Shown here piece by piece: positions 18,704-30,470 of a stretch of 64,000 nucleotides of DNA. The position numbers and the translations under genes were made by a program. The stretch is from NCBI GenBank assembly GCA_965215015.1, contig OZ244042.1, positions 3,040,001-3,104,000 on the forward strand. Reading direction: 5' to 3'. The stretch comes from Candidatus Poribacteria bacterium. GTDB taxonomy: Bacteria > Poribacteria > WGA-4E > PCPOR2b. Each line of letters begins with the position of its first letter. Position 1 is the first letter of the stretch. The notes beneath the pieces were generated by a model, which saw only the letters and a list, made by a program, of their open reading frames with translations, was not told the DNA's origin and did no database searches.

Positions 18704-21265
18704 TCAACCCTTTCTCGTGCAAAATTCCTTGAGTGTCCGATCCAACCGTGTTCCGCCCGGCACATACGCCAAAATCAACCCATCAATCACCCGATTCTGA
18801 TTCGGGACAACCCCGGTCAAACGCTCCGCCGCCACCCCTTTGGAAAGCAGGAGATAGAATATGTCCTTTTTTAATCCCAACGTAGTAAAAAGATTCCCTT
18901 GCCCTTTTGAAATAACGATATCTGTATCAATGAGTGCATTTGCAAATTCTCCTGTTGCTTGATAGAGATTGGTTCCGACGGTGTTCGATCCTGACGAGAT
19001 GAAACGCACGTCCCCGAGGGCGATTTGCTCCCGAAGTCTTTGGAAATGCGGATGTGCTGCGGTGAGTTCCCGCAGATCATCGAGTGTTGCGTCGTTAGTT
19101 GCGGGTTCCGCTTTGCCGACAACCGTAATCTGATGACCACGCTCAGCGAGCATCTCTATAAGCCACAGATCAAAAACCGACTCACCATCGTTGTCGATGA
19201 GCCAGAGAAGCCTTTTCGGTTCACCTTCGATAACTGTTGATCGAAACAGGTTAAAGCAATCAATCGCCAAGGATGCATGAATTGCCTCCCGAAATACAAG
19301 GTCAAAGTAGTCTGGGTTCTCCCTGAGTTTCGTCACAATCCTTGTACTGCTGTAATCGATGACGTTGGCGGCAATGACCAGTTTCAGTCGTTCCAGCCAA
19401 TCGCAATCTGAAAATTGGACGAGTAGGTTAATCGCTGTTTGTCTAGCACTGAGCTTGTCCCTGCGATATGGGTCTGGATTTCCCGAGCAGAGCGTAACAG
19501 TCTTGAAGATGCTCCCCCAAAGTTCTTCGGGTGTCAAATCATCAATGACATGTGCACCGTTAGCTTGCCGCAACTCCAATAATTCGCCAACAGCGTTTAT
19601 TGTAGCTTGCCGCAATGTCGGGTTGCAGGTAGCACGTTCAATCAGTTCGTGCTCCGAGTGCGAGCTGACATGCAGGCGAAGGTTTTCCCAGTCTGGCAAA
19701 CCACGCTTTTCACCGAAAGTGAATATACCGGGCCTATAGCCGGGGGAGACTAGTTGATCCAAGATTGTCTGCGAGATTTGACTTGAAACGGATTGTAGGT
19801 CATATATTACATGATTGGTAGATCTAGCGGGGATGCCTAACTGTTTGTAGCTTATTGAAATTTCTGCTGGAAGTACTATTACCCTTGCAACAACGGATTT
19901 GAGATTTGCCAAACGTCCCACTTTTACCCGGTCAAATTGGCTATTTTCGATACGGCTACCGACAGCCAAGCCTGTAATCGGTGTGGCGATTTCGGTTGAG
20001 AGTGAGTTTGACTCAAAGACTGTGTCCATTGCGGTCACGTCTTTCATACCAACACGGTCACCGACAGTGGTCTTTCCTTGTAGCACAACATTTTCGAGAC
20101 GACAGTAGTTCCCAATCTGTGTCCTATCGCCGAGATGAATACGCCCTAAAAGGTAGCAGCCGTGACCGATCTCGATATTGTCATTCGCCAACGTGATCTG
20201 TGCAGCCGGATCGACTCGAACCCCTTTCTGGATTAGTTTTTTCTTGGCATCTGCAAATAGATATTCTTCACCAGTGAGAACGTTTGACCAGCGATTGATA
20301 CCAGCGATAATTTCGTCCCGATAGATATAGGCGTTGGTTTTCAAGCCATCCTCGTAGCAGTGGCGGATGAGATCAACATGATGGAGTTCCGAATTGTCTC
20401 CGTGGGGTTCCAATCGATCTATCCGGGCAATCGCTGCATCACGGCGGATTAAGGTGATACCGGTATTGGTGTAGGCCTCTCCATGCTCCAACCGACGCCA
20501 CATCGCCTCTTTTTCCGCATCGGTCATGTCGTACCACTCCTTTGTGCCGATAAACTTTCCTTCACTGTCAAAGAATAATCCCCCTTTGTCAACAACGGTG
20601 TCTGGAATTTTGCCACAAAGGGTAATATCTGCACCGACAATAAAGTGTGATAGGAGTATACCAACGAAGATGGCTTGATTCAGGAACGGCTCATCGCCGA
20701 AGGCAACACCGATACATTCTGCATCGGATTCGGAGGCCACCGGTAACGCGACTTGTAGTGCTGCTCCCGTGCCGTAAGGGTGTTCAGGTTGTACACATAG
20801 GATGGCGTTTGGACCAAACAGTCGATTGGCTTCTTCTGAATCGAGCCCCGAAGTGGGGATGATACCACTTGAAGGGATATCTGTTTTCGCCACACGCGCC
20901 GCCATTCGGGAATTGACAACGATGATATGGGGACGGCTCCCCGGCAGGTAGCTTCGGGACAGTTGCAGGGTATTCTGCTCACCAAACCATAGGTCTAAGT
21001 TTTTATTCAGATGGCTGGATGGATCTATGCGGCTCCCTTTACCGGCTGCTAGGATAATCCACTGTGGGTCAATCTGGCGGGAAAGTTGCGTTGAATCCTT
21101 GCGAACCACATCTGATCGATTATCGATTCGATCCGAGACAGCGTGAAGAAATCGCTGAACTATTCTCTCAGCCTCCGTTTTGTCTGGGAGATTAATTGCT
21201 TCAGAGAGATGGCAACGCAGAATTGTTTCGATTTTTTGGCGAAGGTTGTCAAGACTACTATTCAT
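18704..21265 (-). CDS. Fusion: GlmU-like nucleotidyltransferase + short left-handed beta-helix + DUF89/ARMT1-like metal-dependent phosphatase
   Basis: ILAAGKGSR, GTGAAL, FGDEP, NTGI, GINRW (GlmU N-domain); hexapeptide repeats; DPY..K, ANVID, DNDGE, NDAT, SKGQGN (DUF89). Confidence 0.75.
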   Translation of the reverse strand: MNSSLDNLRQKIETILRCHLSEAINLPDKTEAERIVQRFLHAVSDRIDNRSDVVRKDSTQLSRQIDPQWIILAAGKGSRIDPSSHLNKNLDLWFGEQNTLQLSRSYLPGSRPHIIVVNSRMAARVAKTDIPSSGIIPTSGLDSEEANRLFGPNAILCVQPEHPYGTGAALQVALPVASESDAECIGVAFGDEPFLNQAIFVGILLSHFIVGADITLCGKIPDTVVDKGGLFFDSEGKFIGTKEWYDMTDAEKEAMWRRLEHGEAYTNTGITLIRRDAAIARIDRLEPHGDNSELHHVDLIRHCYEDGLKTNAYIYRDEIIAGINRWSNVLTGEEYLFADAKKKLIQKGVRVDPAAQITLANDNIEIGHGCYLLGRIHLGDRTQIGNYCRLENVVLQGKTTVGDRVGMKDVTAMDTVFESNSLSTEIATPITGLAVGSRIENSQFDRVKVGRLANLKSVVARVIVLPAEISISYKQLGIPARSTNHVIYDLQSVSSQISQTILDQLVSPGYRPGIFTFGEKRGLPDWENLRLHVSSHSEHELIERATCNPTLRQATINAVGELLELRQANGAHVIDDLTPEELWGSIFKTVTLCSGNPDPYRRDKLSARQTAINLLVQFSDCDWLERLKLVIAANVIDYSSTRIVTKLRENPDYFDLVFREAIHASLAIDCFNLFRSTVIEGEPKRLLWLIDNDGESVFDLWLIEMLAERGHQITVVGKAEPATNDATLDDLRELTAAHPHFQRLREQIALGDVRFISSGSNTVGTNLYQATGEFANALIDTDIVISKGQGNLFTTLGLKKDIFYLLLSKGVAAERLTGVVPNQNRVIDGLILAYVPGGTRLDRTLKEFCTRKG

Positions 21266-21457
21266 CTGAGAAACTCTATCTGAATCTGATTTTTTTGAGA
21301 AGAGCGGAAAAATGTGGGAATCGAACGATGGTTTGATGCGGGAAATCGGCGGTTGCTTATAAAACAGAACACCCGTCAAGAGAGGGAAAAAATAAAAAAT
21401 TTCACTTGTTAATCAGCAAACATGGTTAACGAACCGGATTCGCAGATATTGCAGTTG

Positions 21458-21491
21458 GCGGCGGGGTTGTCTTTCGGCAAATCCCCGCCGC
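21458..21491. terminator. GC-rich hairpin downstream of the ALDH gene
   Basis: GCGGCGGGG...CCCCGCCGC stem; no U-tract. Confidence 0.35.
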
Positions 21492-21530
21492 ACCGCACTC
21501 ATACATCAGGAGAGGTAGGGGTTTCACATC

Positions 21531-22949
21531 TTACTCGCTCAGATGGAAAATTGCCATCTTTGTCTCAGTCATCTCCTGTACAGCGTATTTCGGTCCCTCT
21601 TTGCCCATGCCGCTCTCTTTCACGCCCCCATAGGGCATGAGGTCTGCACGCCACTGCGTTCCCCAGTTCACCATTAGGTTGCCGGAGTCAACTTCACGCA
21701 CGAACCGCATCGCCCAATCAATGTTTTCGGTGAAGATTGCCGCGCTCAACCCGTAGTTAGTGTCGTTAGCAAGAGCAATGGCATCGTCAATGTTTGAAAC
21801 CTTTGTTACACCGACAACGGGTCCAAAGATTTCGTCGCATGAAATCTTCATCTCTGGCTTGACATTGGCAACGAGCGTGGGTGCATAGATCTGCCCATTT
21901 CTTTCACCGCCGGTGAGGAGTTCAGCACCGCTGCTGACCGCTTCATCAACCCATTCACTAACGCGGATGGCATCATCTTCACGGATCATGGGGCCCATCG
22001 CGGTCGGTGCCTCAAGGGGATTTCCGGTTGAGATACCTTCAACAGTTGATTTGAAAGCATCGAGAAAATCACCATAAATCCCTTCGTGGGCGATGACCCG
22101 TTGTGTCGAGATACAGACCTGCCCTGCATTAGAATAGCCGGATGCTGCCGCAGCTGCTGCGACTTTCGCCGGGTCTGCGTCCGGCATGACAATCAATGGA
22201 GAGTTCGATCCAAGCTCCATTGTTACACGCTTTAACCCAGCAGTGTGGCAGATATGTTCCCCGACATCACGGCTGCCGGTGAAGGTAATTTTCCGGACAC
22301 GCCGATCCGCGCAGAGGGCATCACCAATCACGCTGCCCGATCCGGTCAAGCATTGGATTGCTTCCGGCGGTGTGCCAGCTTCAAGGAAAAGCTCAACCAG
22401 TTTCAACGCTGACAACGGTGTGTCTGTAGCGGGCTTAACGATGATTGCGTTGCCCGCTGCGAGTGCGGGTCCCACTTTGTGACAAACGAGGTGCAGCGGG
22501 AAGTTAAATGGACTAATCCCGACAACGATGCCACAGGGAACTCGTACCGTAAAACCTAATTTCCCTTTAACGCCAGGTCCGCCTTCGAGCGGGATGACCT
22601 CGCCGTAGAGACGCTTGGCTTCCTCCGCGGAGAGTGCAATAATCTCGGCTGCACGGCCCGCCTCCATAGTTGCCTCTGCGAGGATTTTCCCCTCTTCTAA
22701 TGTAATGATTCGAGCGAGTTCATCGGTACGCTCTGCCATCATCTCGGAAACCTTGTGAATAATTTCATAACGCTCGTAACCGGTCATTTTCGCCATAATC
22801 TTTGCGCCGCGTTCGGCGGTCTTGAGCGCGGTTTCGATATCGTCTTGATCGCCTCTAGGAATGGTGTCAACAACAGAACCATCAAAAGGGTTCAAAACTT
22901 CAATTTTCTGCGGCTTATCAACCCATTCGCCGCCGATATGCATTCTCAT
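21531..22949 (-). CDS. NAD(P)-dependent aldehyde dehydrogenase
   Basis: PFNFP, FTGS, MELGSN, AGQVCIS, EIFGP, GGVKESG. Confidence 0.95.
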   Translation of the reverse strand: MRMHIGGEWVDKPQKIEVLNPFDGSVVDTIPRGDQDDIETALKTAERGAKIMAKMTGYERYEIIHKVSEMMAERTDELARIITLEEGKILAEATMEAGRAAEIIALSAEEAKRLYGEVIPLEGGPGVKGKLGFTVRVPCGIVVGISPFNFPLHLVCHKVGPALAAGNAIIVKPATDTPLSALKLVELFLEAGTPPEAIQCLTGSGSVIGDALCADRRVRKITFTGSRDVGEHICHTAGLKRVTMELGSNSPLIVMPDADPAKVAAAAAASGYSNAGQVCISTQRVIAHEGIYGDFLDAFKSTVEGISTGNPLEAPTAMGPMIREDDAIRVSEWVDEAVSSGAELLTGGERNGQIYAPTLVANVKPEMKISCDEIFGPVVGVTKVSNIDDAIALANDTNYGLSAAIFTENIDWAMRFVREVDSGNLMVNWGTQWRADLMPYGGVKESGMGKEGPKYAVQEMTETKMAIFHLSE

Positions 22950-22989
22950 TGATATTAACCTCCATTAATATTAATTGGTAAATTGGCAA

Positions 22990-23712
22990 TTAAACGTTAA
23001 TTCTCGACTTCTGACACGTTGCCATATACGTTTGCTCTAACCTAACGGGTGTGGCAATTTCCGAACGAATAAATAACGGCAGTTCAGGCAGATCAGAACC
23101 AACCGAGAATGGATGTGCCCAGCATTCAACACACGGATCTTTCTGATTAATCTTCCCGATTAAAGGTATAACGATATGCGGAACAGTAGGGCGGAGTGTC
23201 CTCAGTTGCCGGAATTTGAGCATCCTTAGATTCGAATCGCCACATCAGTTCATTGTGAAAATTGAACAACCGATCTGTGACAATATCTACAATAATCAGA
23301 GAAATCCCTTGCGAAATCAAGTTCAAGCATTTGGCGATAAAGATATCTCGGTGCTGTGGCCTGTCCTTATTAGCTGGACTAACAATCTCAATTACACCGA
23401 CAGTCTGTCTAGCAGCATTAGGATCTACGATGTAAATCTCCGTTTCGTCAGGAAACGATGTTAGCAGACTCACCGTTGCAGGGGGAACTTGGTATTGCCG
23501 GATAAGTCGGCTTTAATCCTCAGTCAGCAACTCACCTGTTTGTACATCAATTTCAATCAGACTGCCGATTTGGACGTTCAGTTCTGCAATGAAATTCTCT
23601 GATAATAAAGCATTCAAATCCCCTGATATGAGTCGCCCAAGCATCATGAAAGGAAGGAGTGAAAGCGACTGATTGTCCTGATCTTGGGATTGAAGTGATC
23701 AGCGACAGGCAT
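22990..23712 (-). pseudogene. DUF4058-family (restriction-endonuclease-like) pseudogene
   Basis: MPVADHFNP / SFHDAWATHI / FIAELNVQIG / IEIVSPANKDR / LPELPLF..PVRLEQTY in shifting frames with internal stops. Confidence 0.7.
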
Positions 23713-24153
23713 ATCAACTTCCTTTCTGGCTCACGTCCATCCACCCATGGTGAGATTAGTTAGTTTGTCAAATTCAAGATACCATCTCTTATCGCAATTG
23801 TCAATCGGAAATTTACCGTTCCGTCGGATATTTTCACTTGACCCATCTGGCAAGGTTAAGGTAAAGTATAACATATTCTTGATGCGAATAACACACCTGA
23901 CTTAAGGAAAGGTAGGGGCATTGCATCTGTTATAGAAATTAGGCAAGTGGTCAATCAGAAATTGGGGCTAACCCCCGTCGTGGTACAGGGAGTAACTTCG
24001 ATGCTTTCACGGTTTCCTAAACCACGGCGATCACAGGTTAGGAAATCCCGATAAGATTGAGGGGATGCTCTGTGGCTACGATTCGATTTCGATTGTCGTA
24101 TATCAAAGGTCTACACAATAATTTACATGCAATTGCCCCATAAGGAAAGGTAT

Positions 24154-24969
24154 ATGAAAGCCCTGGGCTGCAGCACAATTTTATATGGAGGGTTTAATTT
24201 AGAACAGGCACTCGAAGGCATTGCGAAAGCTGGGTATAAGGCAATTGAACTCTGTGCACGTCCCGGGATGGCACCCCATCTGGAAATTCGCAAACCGGCT
24301 TCGTACTACGAGGGGATCAAATCGAAAGTCGCTTCGCACGGTTTGGCAATCGAATCAATCGCAGGGACCGGTGGAATTGGACTGGATAGCCCTGAATTTG
24401 ACGCGGTGATTGAAACCGCACAACAGGTTGGTGCACCTTCAATCGCCGAGGGTGCAGGCGGGCAGGCCAATGATGAAGAGAGTTTCAAACAGGTAGTCGA
24501 GTTGGTTAACGCGACTGCCGCCCGAACCGCGCAGGCTGGAATTAAGCTGAGTTTGAAACCGCATGTCAACAATGTGGTGTATTCAACTAAAACGGCGTTA
24601 CGTTTTATGCAGGAGGTGGATCGTGAATGGGTAGGGCTTAACTTCGATGCGAGCCACATCTGGCGGACAGCAGCCGCTGAAGATCCGGTCGAATCGCTTC
24701 GGCAACTGAAAGATTACATTGCAACGCTGCGTATCCGTGATAACCGTGAGAGCCGCGAGGTGCCGATAGGTCCTGTTGAGACGCAAATTCCCGGCAAAGG
24801 GGGTATTGACCTGCCCGCGCTTGCCGCTGTGATGAACACAATTGATTATGTGCCTTATGTAACGCTGGAGATTGTTGGCACACATGGCGGGACGAATACG
24901 CCGCTTGCTGAAGTTCAGCGGGTTGTGGAGGAGTCGATAACGTATCTGAAACCGCTGTTTGTGACGTAG
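24154..24969 (+). CDS. Sugar phosphate isomerase/epimerase (xylose-isomerase-like TIM barrel)
   Basis: AGYKAIEL, VGLNFDASH, PGKGGID, TLEI. Confidence 0.8.
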   Translation: MKALGCSTILYGGFNLEQALEGIAKAGYKAIELCARPGMAPHLEIRKPASYYEGIKSKVASHGLAIESIAGTGGIGLDSPEFDAVIETAQQVGAPSIAEGAGGQANDEESFKQVVELVNATAARTAQAGIKLSLKPHVNNVVYSTKTALRFMQEVDREWVGLNFDASHIWRTAAAEDPVESLRQLKDYIATLRIRDNRESREVPIGPVETQIPGKGGIDLPALAAVMNTIDYVPYVTLEIVGTHGGTNTPLAEVQRVVEESITYLKPLFVT

Positions 24970-25000
24970 AAATTTGCCGAAAAGACTCGGAGGTGGTAAA

Positions 25001-25360
25001 ATGGTTGAAGTTAAAACAGTTGTAACCTTAAAGCACATTCAGGAAATTGTCCAACAAATTGTGGCGAGCTTCCACCCGCTTTTATTTAGCTCTCACGCTT
25101 ACGGCACAGCAACGACGGATAGCGATGTAGATCTGCTGGTCATGATGGATACAGAAGAGGAAGTCTCTCCATGTTGCAGCGCGAATTGCTGCAGCTATTG
25201 ATCATCCCTTTCCTCTGGATATTATCGTATTCACACTCTCTGACTGAACTGCTTCTCTGAAACGCAAAGGAATCTTTGCCACAGAGTCCACGATGAAAGG
25301 GGCGTCCTGTATGAAGCCCGAGACGCAAAAGTGGATTGATAAAGCTGAAGCCGACAGAAA
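25001..25360 (+). pseudogene. MNT nucleotidyltransferase + HEPN toxin-antitoxin remnant
   Basis: LFSSHAYGTATTDSDVDLLV (MNT, frameshifted, continues PFPLDIIV) followed by the HEPN start MKPETQKWIDKAEAD at 25311, truncated. Confidence 0.65.
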
Positions 25361-25466
25361 GGTTAGGACTTTTAGATATCTGAAAGTGCATTCATTTATT
25401 ATGAATCTCTCATCAAAGGTGGTGTCAATTTAACCCACTGCAGCCAATCTTTATGGAGATATAACA

Positions 25467-26192
25467 ATGCGTTTAAGCAATAGACAAATTCATCAATACA
25501 AAGAAACAGGTTTTCTCGTGGTGCCAGGGCTTTTTGATACAACAACAGCACAGCAGATGATCCAGCACTATATGAAGCGACGTGCTGAAGGACCAAAATC
25601 AGGAGACAGCGGTGGCACAACAGACCATCCAGAAGATCCGAATCATCAGTATCCTCGAATGATTAATATGCACAACTGGGATGCGTTGACGGAGGAATGG
25701 GCAACACAGGGAACATTGTTAGAACTTGTTGAACAACTAATCGATGATAAGCCTGTACTTCGACAGACAATGCTTTACTTCAAGCCGCCGGGAGGCAGAG
25801 GCCAGGCACTCCATCAGGATGAACAGTACATCACCACTGAACCGCTGATTGGAGTGTGGATTGCGCTGGACAAATCGGATAAATCTGTTGGGCAAATGGT
25901 GGTTGTTCCCGGCTCACACAAACGTGGACTTTTGCAGGTAGAGGCTGCGGATACAGCAATTTCGTTCACAGATGTGCAGTCGGTGATGCCGGAGGGCGTT
26001 GAAAAGTTTTATGTTGATATGGAGCCGGGAGACGCACTGTTTTTCGATGGTAAAACTATCCACGGTTCTTATTTGAATGAAACATACGATCGCTGGCGGC
26101 GGAGTTTCATATGTCACTATATCGGTGAACATGCAAAAGATTTTGAGCCTCCGCAGGGCAAGCATATATCGCATTTAAGACGTGATGTGTAA
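25467..26192 (+). CDS. Phytanoyl-CoA dioxygenase (PhyH) family 2OG-Fe(II) oxygenase
   Basis: KPPG, HQD, VWIALD, VVPGSH, HGS..N...RRS. Confidence 0.9.
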   Translation: MRLSNRQIHQYKETGFLVVPGLFDTTTAQQMIQHYMKRRAEGPKSGDSGGTTDHPEDPNHQYPRMINMHNWDALTEEWATQGTLLELVEQLIDDKPVLRQTMLYFKPPGGRGQALHQDEQYITTEPLIGVWIALDKSDKSVGQMVVVPGSHKRGLLQVEAADTAISFTDVQSVMPEGVEKFYVDMEPGDALFFDGKTIHGSYLNETYDRWRRSFICHYIGEHAKDFEPPQGKHISHLRRDV

Positions 26193-26237
26193 GAACTACG
26201 TTTTTTAATTATATAGCTATCATATCGGAGAAGATAG

Positions 26238-27410
26238 ATGAATGTACACGAATATCAAGCAAAACAAATTCTACAAGCGCACGGAGTGAACGTTCAGCGC
26301 GGCGAAGTCGCATCAACCGCCGATGAGGCTGAAGCGATTGCTCGCGAACTGGATTGCCCGCTGTATATCGTCAAAGCGCAGATCCACGCGGGTGGACGGG
26401 GCAAAGGCGGTGGCGTTAAACTAGCAAAAAGCCCCGAAGCGGTTAAGAAACATGCTGACGCAATCCTCGGTATGCAGCTGGTGACCCCTCAGACAGGCCC
26501 CGGGGGAAAACTGGTCCGCAAGGTGTTAGTTGCTGAAGCCAGCGATATTGAGAGAGAACTTTATCTCGGTATGGTGATTGATCGTACTGATTCACGGCTT
26601 GTCATAATGGGTAGTGAGGAGGGCGGCGTAGATATTGAAGAGGTTGCAGCGACCCGTCCCGGAAAGATTCTCAAGCAAACCATCGATCCAGCGATTGGTT
26701 TGCCTCCCTTTCAGGCACGAAAACTCGCCTACGCCTTGAATATCCCACGCGAATTGGTCAACAAGGCAGCAGATCTGATGATTGGTTTGTATAATGCCTT
26801 TGTTGCGTTTGACTGCTCGCTCGCTGAGATTAACCCACTTGCTATCACGAAAATTGATGATGGACAGGATATCGTCGCCCTTGATGCTAAACTCAATTTC
26901 GATGATAACGCACTTTGGCAGCACGAGGAAGTTAACGTAATGCGGGATCCAAACGAAGAAGATGCCCGTGAGCTTGAAGCGGGAAAATCGGGCTTGAGCT
27001 ATATCAGTCTTGACGGGAATATCGGGTGTATGGTCAACGGAGCGGGCCTTGCCATGGCGACGATGGATCTCATCCAACTGCACGGCGGCGAACCCGCAAA
27101 TTTCCTCGATGTTGGTGGAGGCGCGACGACGGAAACCGTCACGCACGCTTTCCGTCTCATTCTCGCAGACGAAAAGGTGAAGGCGGTCCTCGTCAACATC
27201 TTCGGCGGTATTATGCAATGCGACGTGATTGCCAACGGAATTATCGAAGCGGTCAAGCAGGTAGATCTAACAGTTCCGTTGGTTGTACGTTTAGAAGGGA
27301 CGAATGTGGAGTTAGGGAAGCAAATTCTCGCTGATTCGGGTTTGAATCTGATAGCCGCTGATGGGCTTTCAGAGGCAGCGCAGAAAGCGGTGCAAGCGGT
27401 GGCGCAATAA
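26238..27410 (+). CDS. sucC: Succinyl-CoA synthetase beta subunit
   Basis: [47 protein letters not shown]. Confidence 0.95.
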   Translation: MNVHEYQAKQILQAHGVNVQRGEVASTADEAEAIARELDCPLYIVKAQIHAGGRGKGGGVKLAKSPEAVKKHADAILGMQLVTPQTGPGGKLVRKVLVAEASDIERELYLGMVIDRTDSRLVIMGSEEGGVDIEEVAATRPGKILKQTIDPAIGLPPFQARKLAYALNIPRELVNKAADLMIGLYNAFVAFDCSLAEINPLAITKIDDGQDIVALDAKLNFDDNALWQHEEVNVMRDPNEEDARELEAGKSGLSYISLDGNIGCMVNGAGLAMATMDLIQLHGGEPANFLDVGGGATTETVTHAFRLILADEKVKAVLVNIFGGIMQCDVIANGIIEAVKQVDLTVPLVVRLEGTNVELGKQILADSGLNLIAADGLSEAAQKAVQAVAQ

Positions 27411-27456
27411 ACCTATCAGTTTCACTTTCATGAATCCTATTTTGATGGGAGGATAG

Positions 27457-28650
27457 ATGACAGATAAACTCGGACTACGCGATTTAGATGTTGGGGGCAA
27501 GCGAGTCCTAGTGCGCATTGATTTTAACGTGCCGATGGCTGGGAAGCAAATCGCCGATGATACACGCATCCGTGCAGCTCTGCCGACAATTTTGGAGCTG
27601 ATCCGGGGCGGCGCAAAAGTTATCTTGGTTACGCATCTTGGACGCCCCAAAGGCTTTGCGCCCGATTTTTCTACAGAACCACTTGCGGTAGCACTCAGTA
27701 AACTGCTAGGGCAACGGGTCAAGCATATAGTTGATTGCATTGGGGTAGAAATTGAAGGGATTGTCTCCGAACTCTGTTCAGGCGACGTGCTGCTGCTCGA
27801 AAATGTCCGTTTCTACGAAGAAGAGACGAAAAACGATCCAGAATTCGCAGAAAAGCTCGCATCTCTCGCTGACCTTTACATTAACGACGCTTTTGGTGCG
27901 GCACATCGTGCCCACGCTTCAACCGAAGGGGTAACGCACTATTTCGCTCAGTGTGCTGCAGGTTTGCTGATGGAAAGGGAAATTGAGTACCTCAGCAAAG
28001 TGCTTGACAATCCGGAGCGTCCCTTTGTTGCGATTCTTGGTGGTGCAAAGATTTCGGACAAAATCGGTGTGATTGAGAATCTGCTCGACAAGGTTGACCA
28101 ACTCATCATTGGTGGCGGTATGGCATATACCTTCCTCAAAGCGAGGGGATTGTCAGTTGGGAATTCCATTGTGGAGCTTGATAAACTCGATTTAGCCAAT
28201 GCGCTGCTGCACAAAGCATCAGATCGGAACCTGACTATCCACCTCCCACACGACCACATCATCGGTAGGGAGTTCGATCCGAACACCGAATTTCAAGTCG
28301 CCTCCAGCGAGGGCATCCCCGATGGTTGGATCGGCTTAGACATTGGCATCGAAACAGTTGCAAAATTTGGTGACATTGTTGATATGGCGAAAACAATCAT
28401 CTGGAATGGTCCGTTGGGTGTCTATGAGTTTGAGCGGTTTGCGAAAGGCACACTTGAGATTGCGAGGTGGGTTGCTGAATCGGAAGCGATTAGTATCATC
28501 GGCGGCGGAGACTGTGTTGCTGCGGTGCATCAGGCGGGTGTCGCGGATCGGATAACACATATTTCCACCGGCGGCGGTGCGTCGTTGGAATTTCTTGAAG
28601 GAAAACAGTTACCCGGTATTGAAACATTGACAGACAGAAATGAAAAGTGA
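27457..28650 (+). CDS. pgk: Phosphoglycerate kinase
   Basis: [44 protein letters not shown]. Confidence 0.97.
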   Translation: MTDKLGLRDLDVGGKRVLVRIDFNVPMAGKQIADDTRIRAALPTILELIRGGAKVILVTHLGRPKGFAPDFSTEPLAVALSKLLGQRVKHIVDCIGVEIEGIVSELCSGDVLLLENVRFYEEETKNDPEFAEKLASLADLYINDAFGAAHRAHASTEGVTHYFAQCAAGLLMEREIEYLSKVLDNPERPFVAILGGAKISDKIGVIENLLDKVDQLIIGGGMAYTFLKARGLSVGNSIVELDKLDLANALLHKASDRNLTIHLPHDHIIGREFDPNTEFQVASSEGIPDGWIGLDIGIETVAKFGDIVDMAKTIIWNGPLGVYEFERFAKGTLEIARWVAESEAISIIGGGDCVAAVHQAGVADRITHISTGGGASLEFLEGKQLPGIETLTDRNEK

Positions 28651-29881
28651 TATGAGCAGCTATCGAAACCACCTAATCTTTATTGGATATACATGCCTAG
28701 TTTTGCTGTGTTTATTCGGATGTTTCGACATCGATTTCACAAGGGATATCATTCGCGGTGTGTCGGATACCACCGAAGATCTGGATGTTTCAAGTGTTGC
28801 TTCCGCTAACACAAGATTTGGGTTCAAGTTGCTTCAGGATTTCCTAGAACGAGAGCCCGGAGGCAATATCCTCATCTCTCCGTTAAGTATTTCAATTGCA
28901 CTGACCATGACCTATAATGGGGCTGTTGGAGAGACAGAACGCGCCATGGCGGAAGTGCTAGAGATAGACGGATTAGACCTAGATACAATCAATGGCGCCA
29001 ACGCAGCATTACGAACGAGCCTTGAGAGTCCTGATCCCCAAGTTGAAATCTTGATTGCAAATTCGATTTGGTCCCGTCAGGGTGTTGAATTCAACCCCAA
29101 TTTTTTAGAGCGCAATCAATTGTTTTTTGGGGCGGAGATTGCCTCACTCGATTTTAGCGCACCGCAAGCGACGAAAATCATCAACGAATGGGTTGATACA
29201 AACACGAATGGTAAAATCGAGAAAATTGTTGAAAGGATTGGCCCAGAAGTTGTGCTTTTCTTGATTAACGCCATCTATTTCAAAGGAAGCTGGCAGGATG
29301 AGTTCAATAGGTCACAGACGAGACCGGGCATTTTTCATCTGCCAAATGGAAGTGAGAAGCGGGTACAGATGATGTGTCGAGAGGGGGCATATCCATACTT
29401 CCGTGGTGAGATTTTTGAAGCAACGAGCTTACCCTATGGGGATGGACGGATGGGCATGTATATTTTTTTGCCTAGCCACGACTCCAATCTCAATGAATTT
29501 TTAGGAAATCTAAACGCGGGAAATTGGGAGGATTGGATATCGCAGTTTCAGGACAGACAGCACGATATGATGTTGCCTCGCTTTCAATTGGAATATGAAA
29601 TAAACCTCAATGACACGCTCGAAGCTCTAGGGATGGGAATCGCTTTGGGTAGCGGTGCCGATTTTAGCGGCATGGCCCCAAGCCTTTTTATCAGTGAGGT
29701 GAAGCATAAAACCTTCGTGGAAGTAGACGAAGAAGGCACGGAAGCGGCGGCTGTTACTGCCGTGGTAGGTGTTAAGTCTGTGCCATCAGTATTTCGAGTA
29801 GACCGTCCTTTCTTTTTCGCCATTTATGACACTGAGACGGAGATCATACTGTTCATGGGAATCGTCACAGAGCCGATGTAG
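28640..29881 (+). CDS. Serpin family protein (putative lipoprotein)
   Basis: [25 protein letters not shown] hinge, [13 protein letters not shown]; lipobox LFGC. Confidence 0.92.
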   Translation: MKSDMSSYRNHLIFIGYTCLVLLCLFGCFDIDFTRDIIRGVSDTTEDLDVSSVASANTRFGFKLLQDFLEREPGGNILISPLSISIALTMTYNGAVGETERAMAEVLEIDGLDLDTINGANAALRTSLESPDPQVEILIANSIWSRQGVEFNPNFLERNQLFFGAEIASLDFSAPQATKIINEWVDTNTNGKIEKIVERIGPEVVLFLINAIYFKGSWQDEFNRSQTRPGIFHLPNGSEKRVQMMCREGAYPYFRGEIFEATSLPYGDGRMGMYIFLPSHDSNLNEFLGNLNAGNWEDWISQFQDRQHDMMLPRFQLEYEINLNDTLEALGMGIALGSGADFSGMAPSLFISEVKHKTFVEVDEEGTEAAAVTAVVGVKSVPSVFRVDRPFFFAIYDTETEIILFMGIVTEPM

Positions 29882-29914
29882 CTGCAGGCTATTTAATCCT
29901 ACACCGACAGAAAA

Positions 29915-30142
29915 ATGATGGCTACTGAACCTTTGCCGAGACTAGATTCCGATACTTCGATTCGGAAGAAGCTATTAACCTATTGCAGGCTCAAGCCCGG
30001 GGACATTTGGGAAGATCCCGTGCGAGGGCATAGGGTCGGAGTGTTAGATGCAACCTGTCCCGATTCAATAGCGGAAATCATGGAACACAAAAAGGCAAAG
30101 GTAGCTGTGAACAACCCACCTTACAATGTAGGAAAGGGATAA
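29915..30142 (+). pseudogene. N-terminal fragment of a site-specific (N4/N6) DNA methyltransferase
   Basis: KPGDIW...HRVGVLDAT...NNPPYNV, truncated directly after the catalytic motif. Confidence 0.6.
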
Positions 30143-30371
30143 CACGACGATATTGACAATTTTGAAAAATAAAGGGAATAAGTAGTTACTGGCTTTTAAT
30201 AAAACGCAAAGACGCAAAAAAAAGGAAACGAGAAAGCGACAGAACCGGCCTCCCGTTTTTCTCTTTGTCAGGGAAGGCTCCGGTTTCGTTTCTGCGTTCC
30301 AATCCCGATGAAATCGTGAATCCACGATGCGGGAAGCATCTCCTTTGGAGGGCAACCGAATTGGGACTTAC

Positions 30372-30470
30372 GTCCCCCGCTTGCGGGGCGGGAGGGATGA
30401 CAACGTGATTCCTAAGACTTAAGACTCGCGCCTCCCCCTGCTTGCGGGGGGACTGAGGAGGGTAAGGAGG
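30372..30470. repeat. Two CCCCGCTTGCGGGG-type REP-like hairpins
   Basis: TCCCCCGCTTGCGGGG and TCCCCCTGCTTGCGGGGGACTGAGG. Confidence 0.45.

Noticed and set aside
23880-24110. Possible riboswitch or ncRNA upstream of the sugar isomerase
   Set aside because: Only one hairpin (TTTCCTAA...TTAGGAAA) and no recognisable aptamer motif; an Rfam/Infernal scan would be needed
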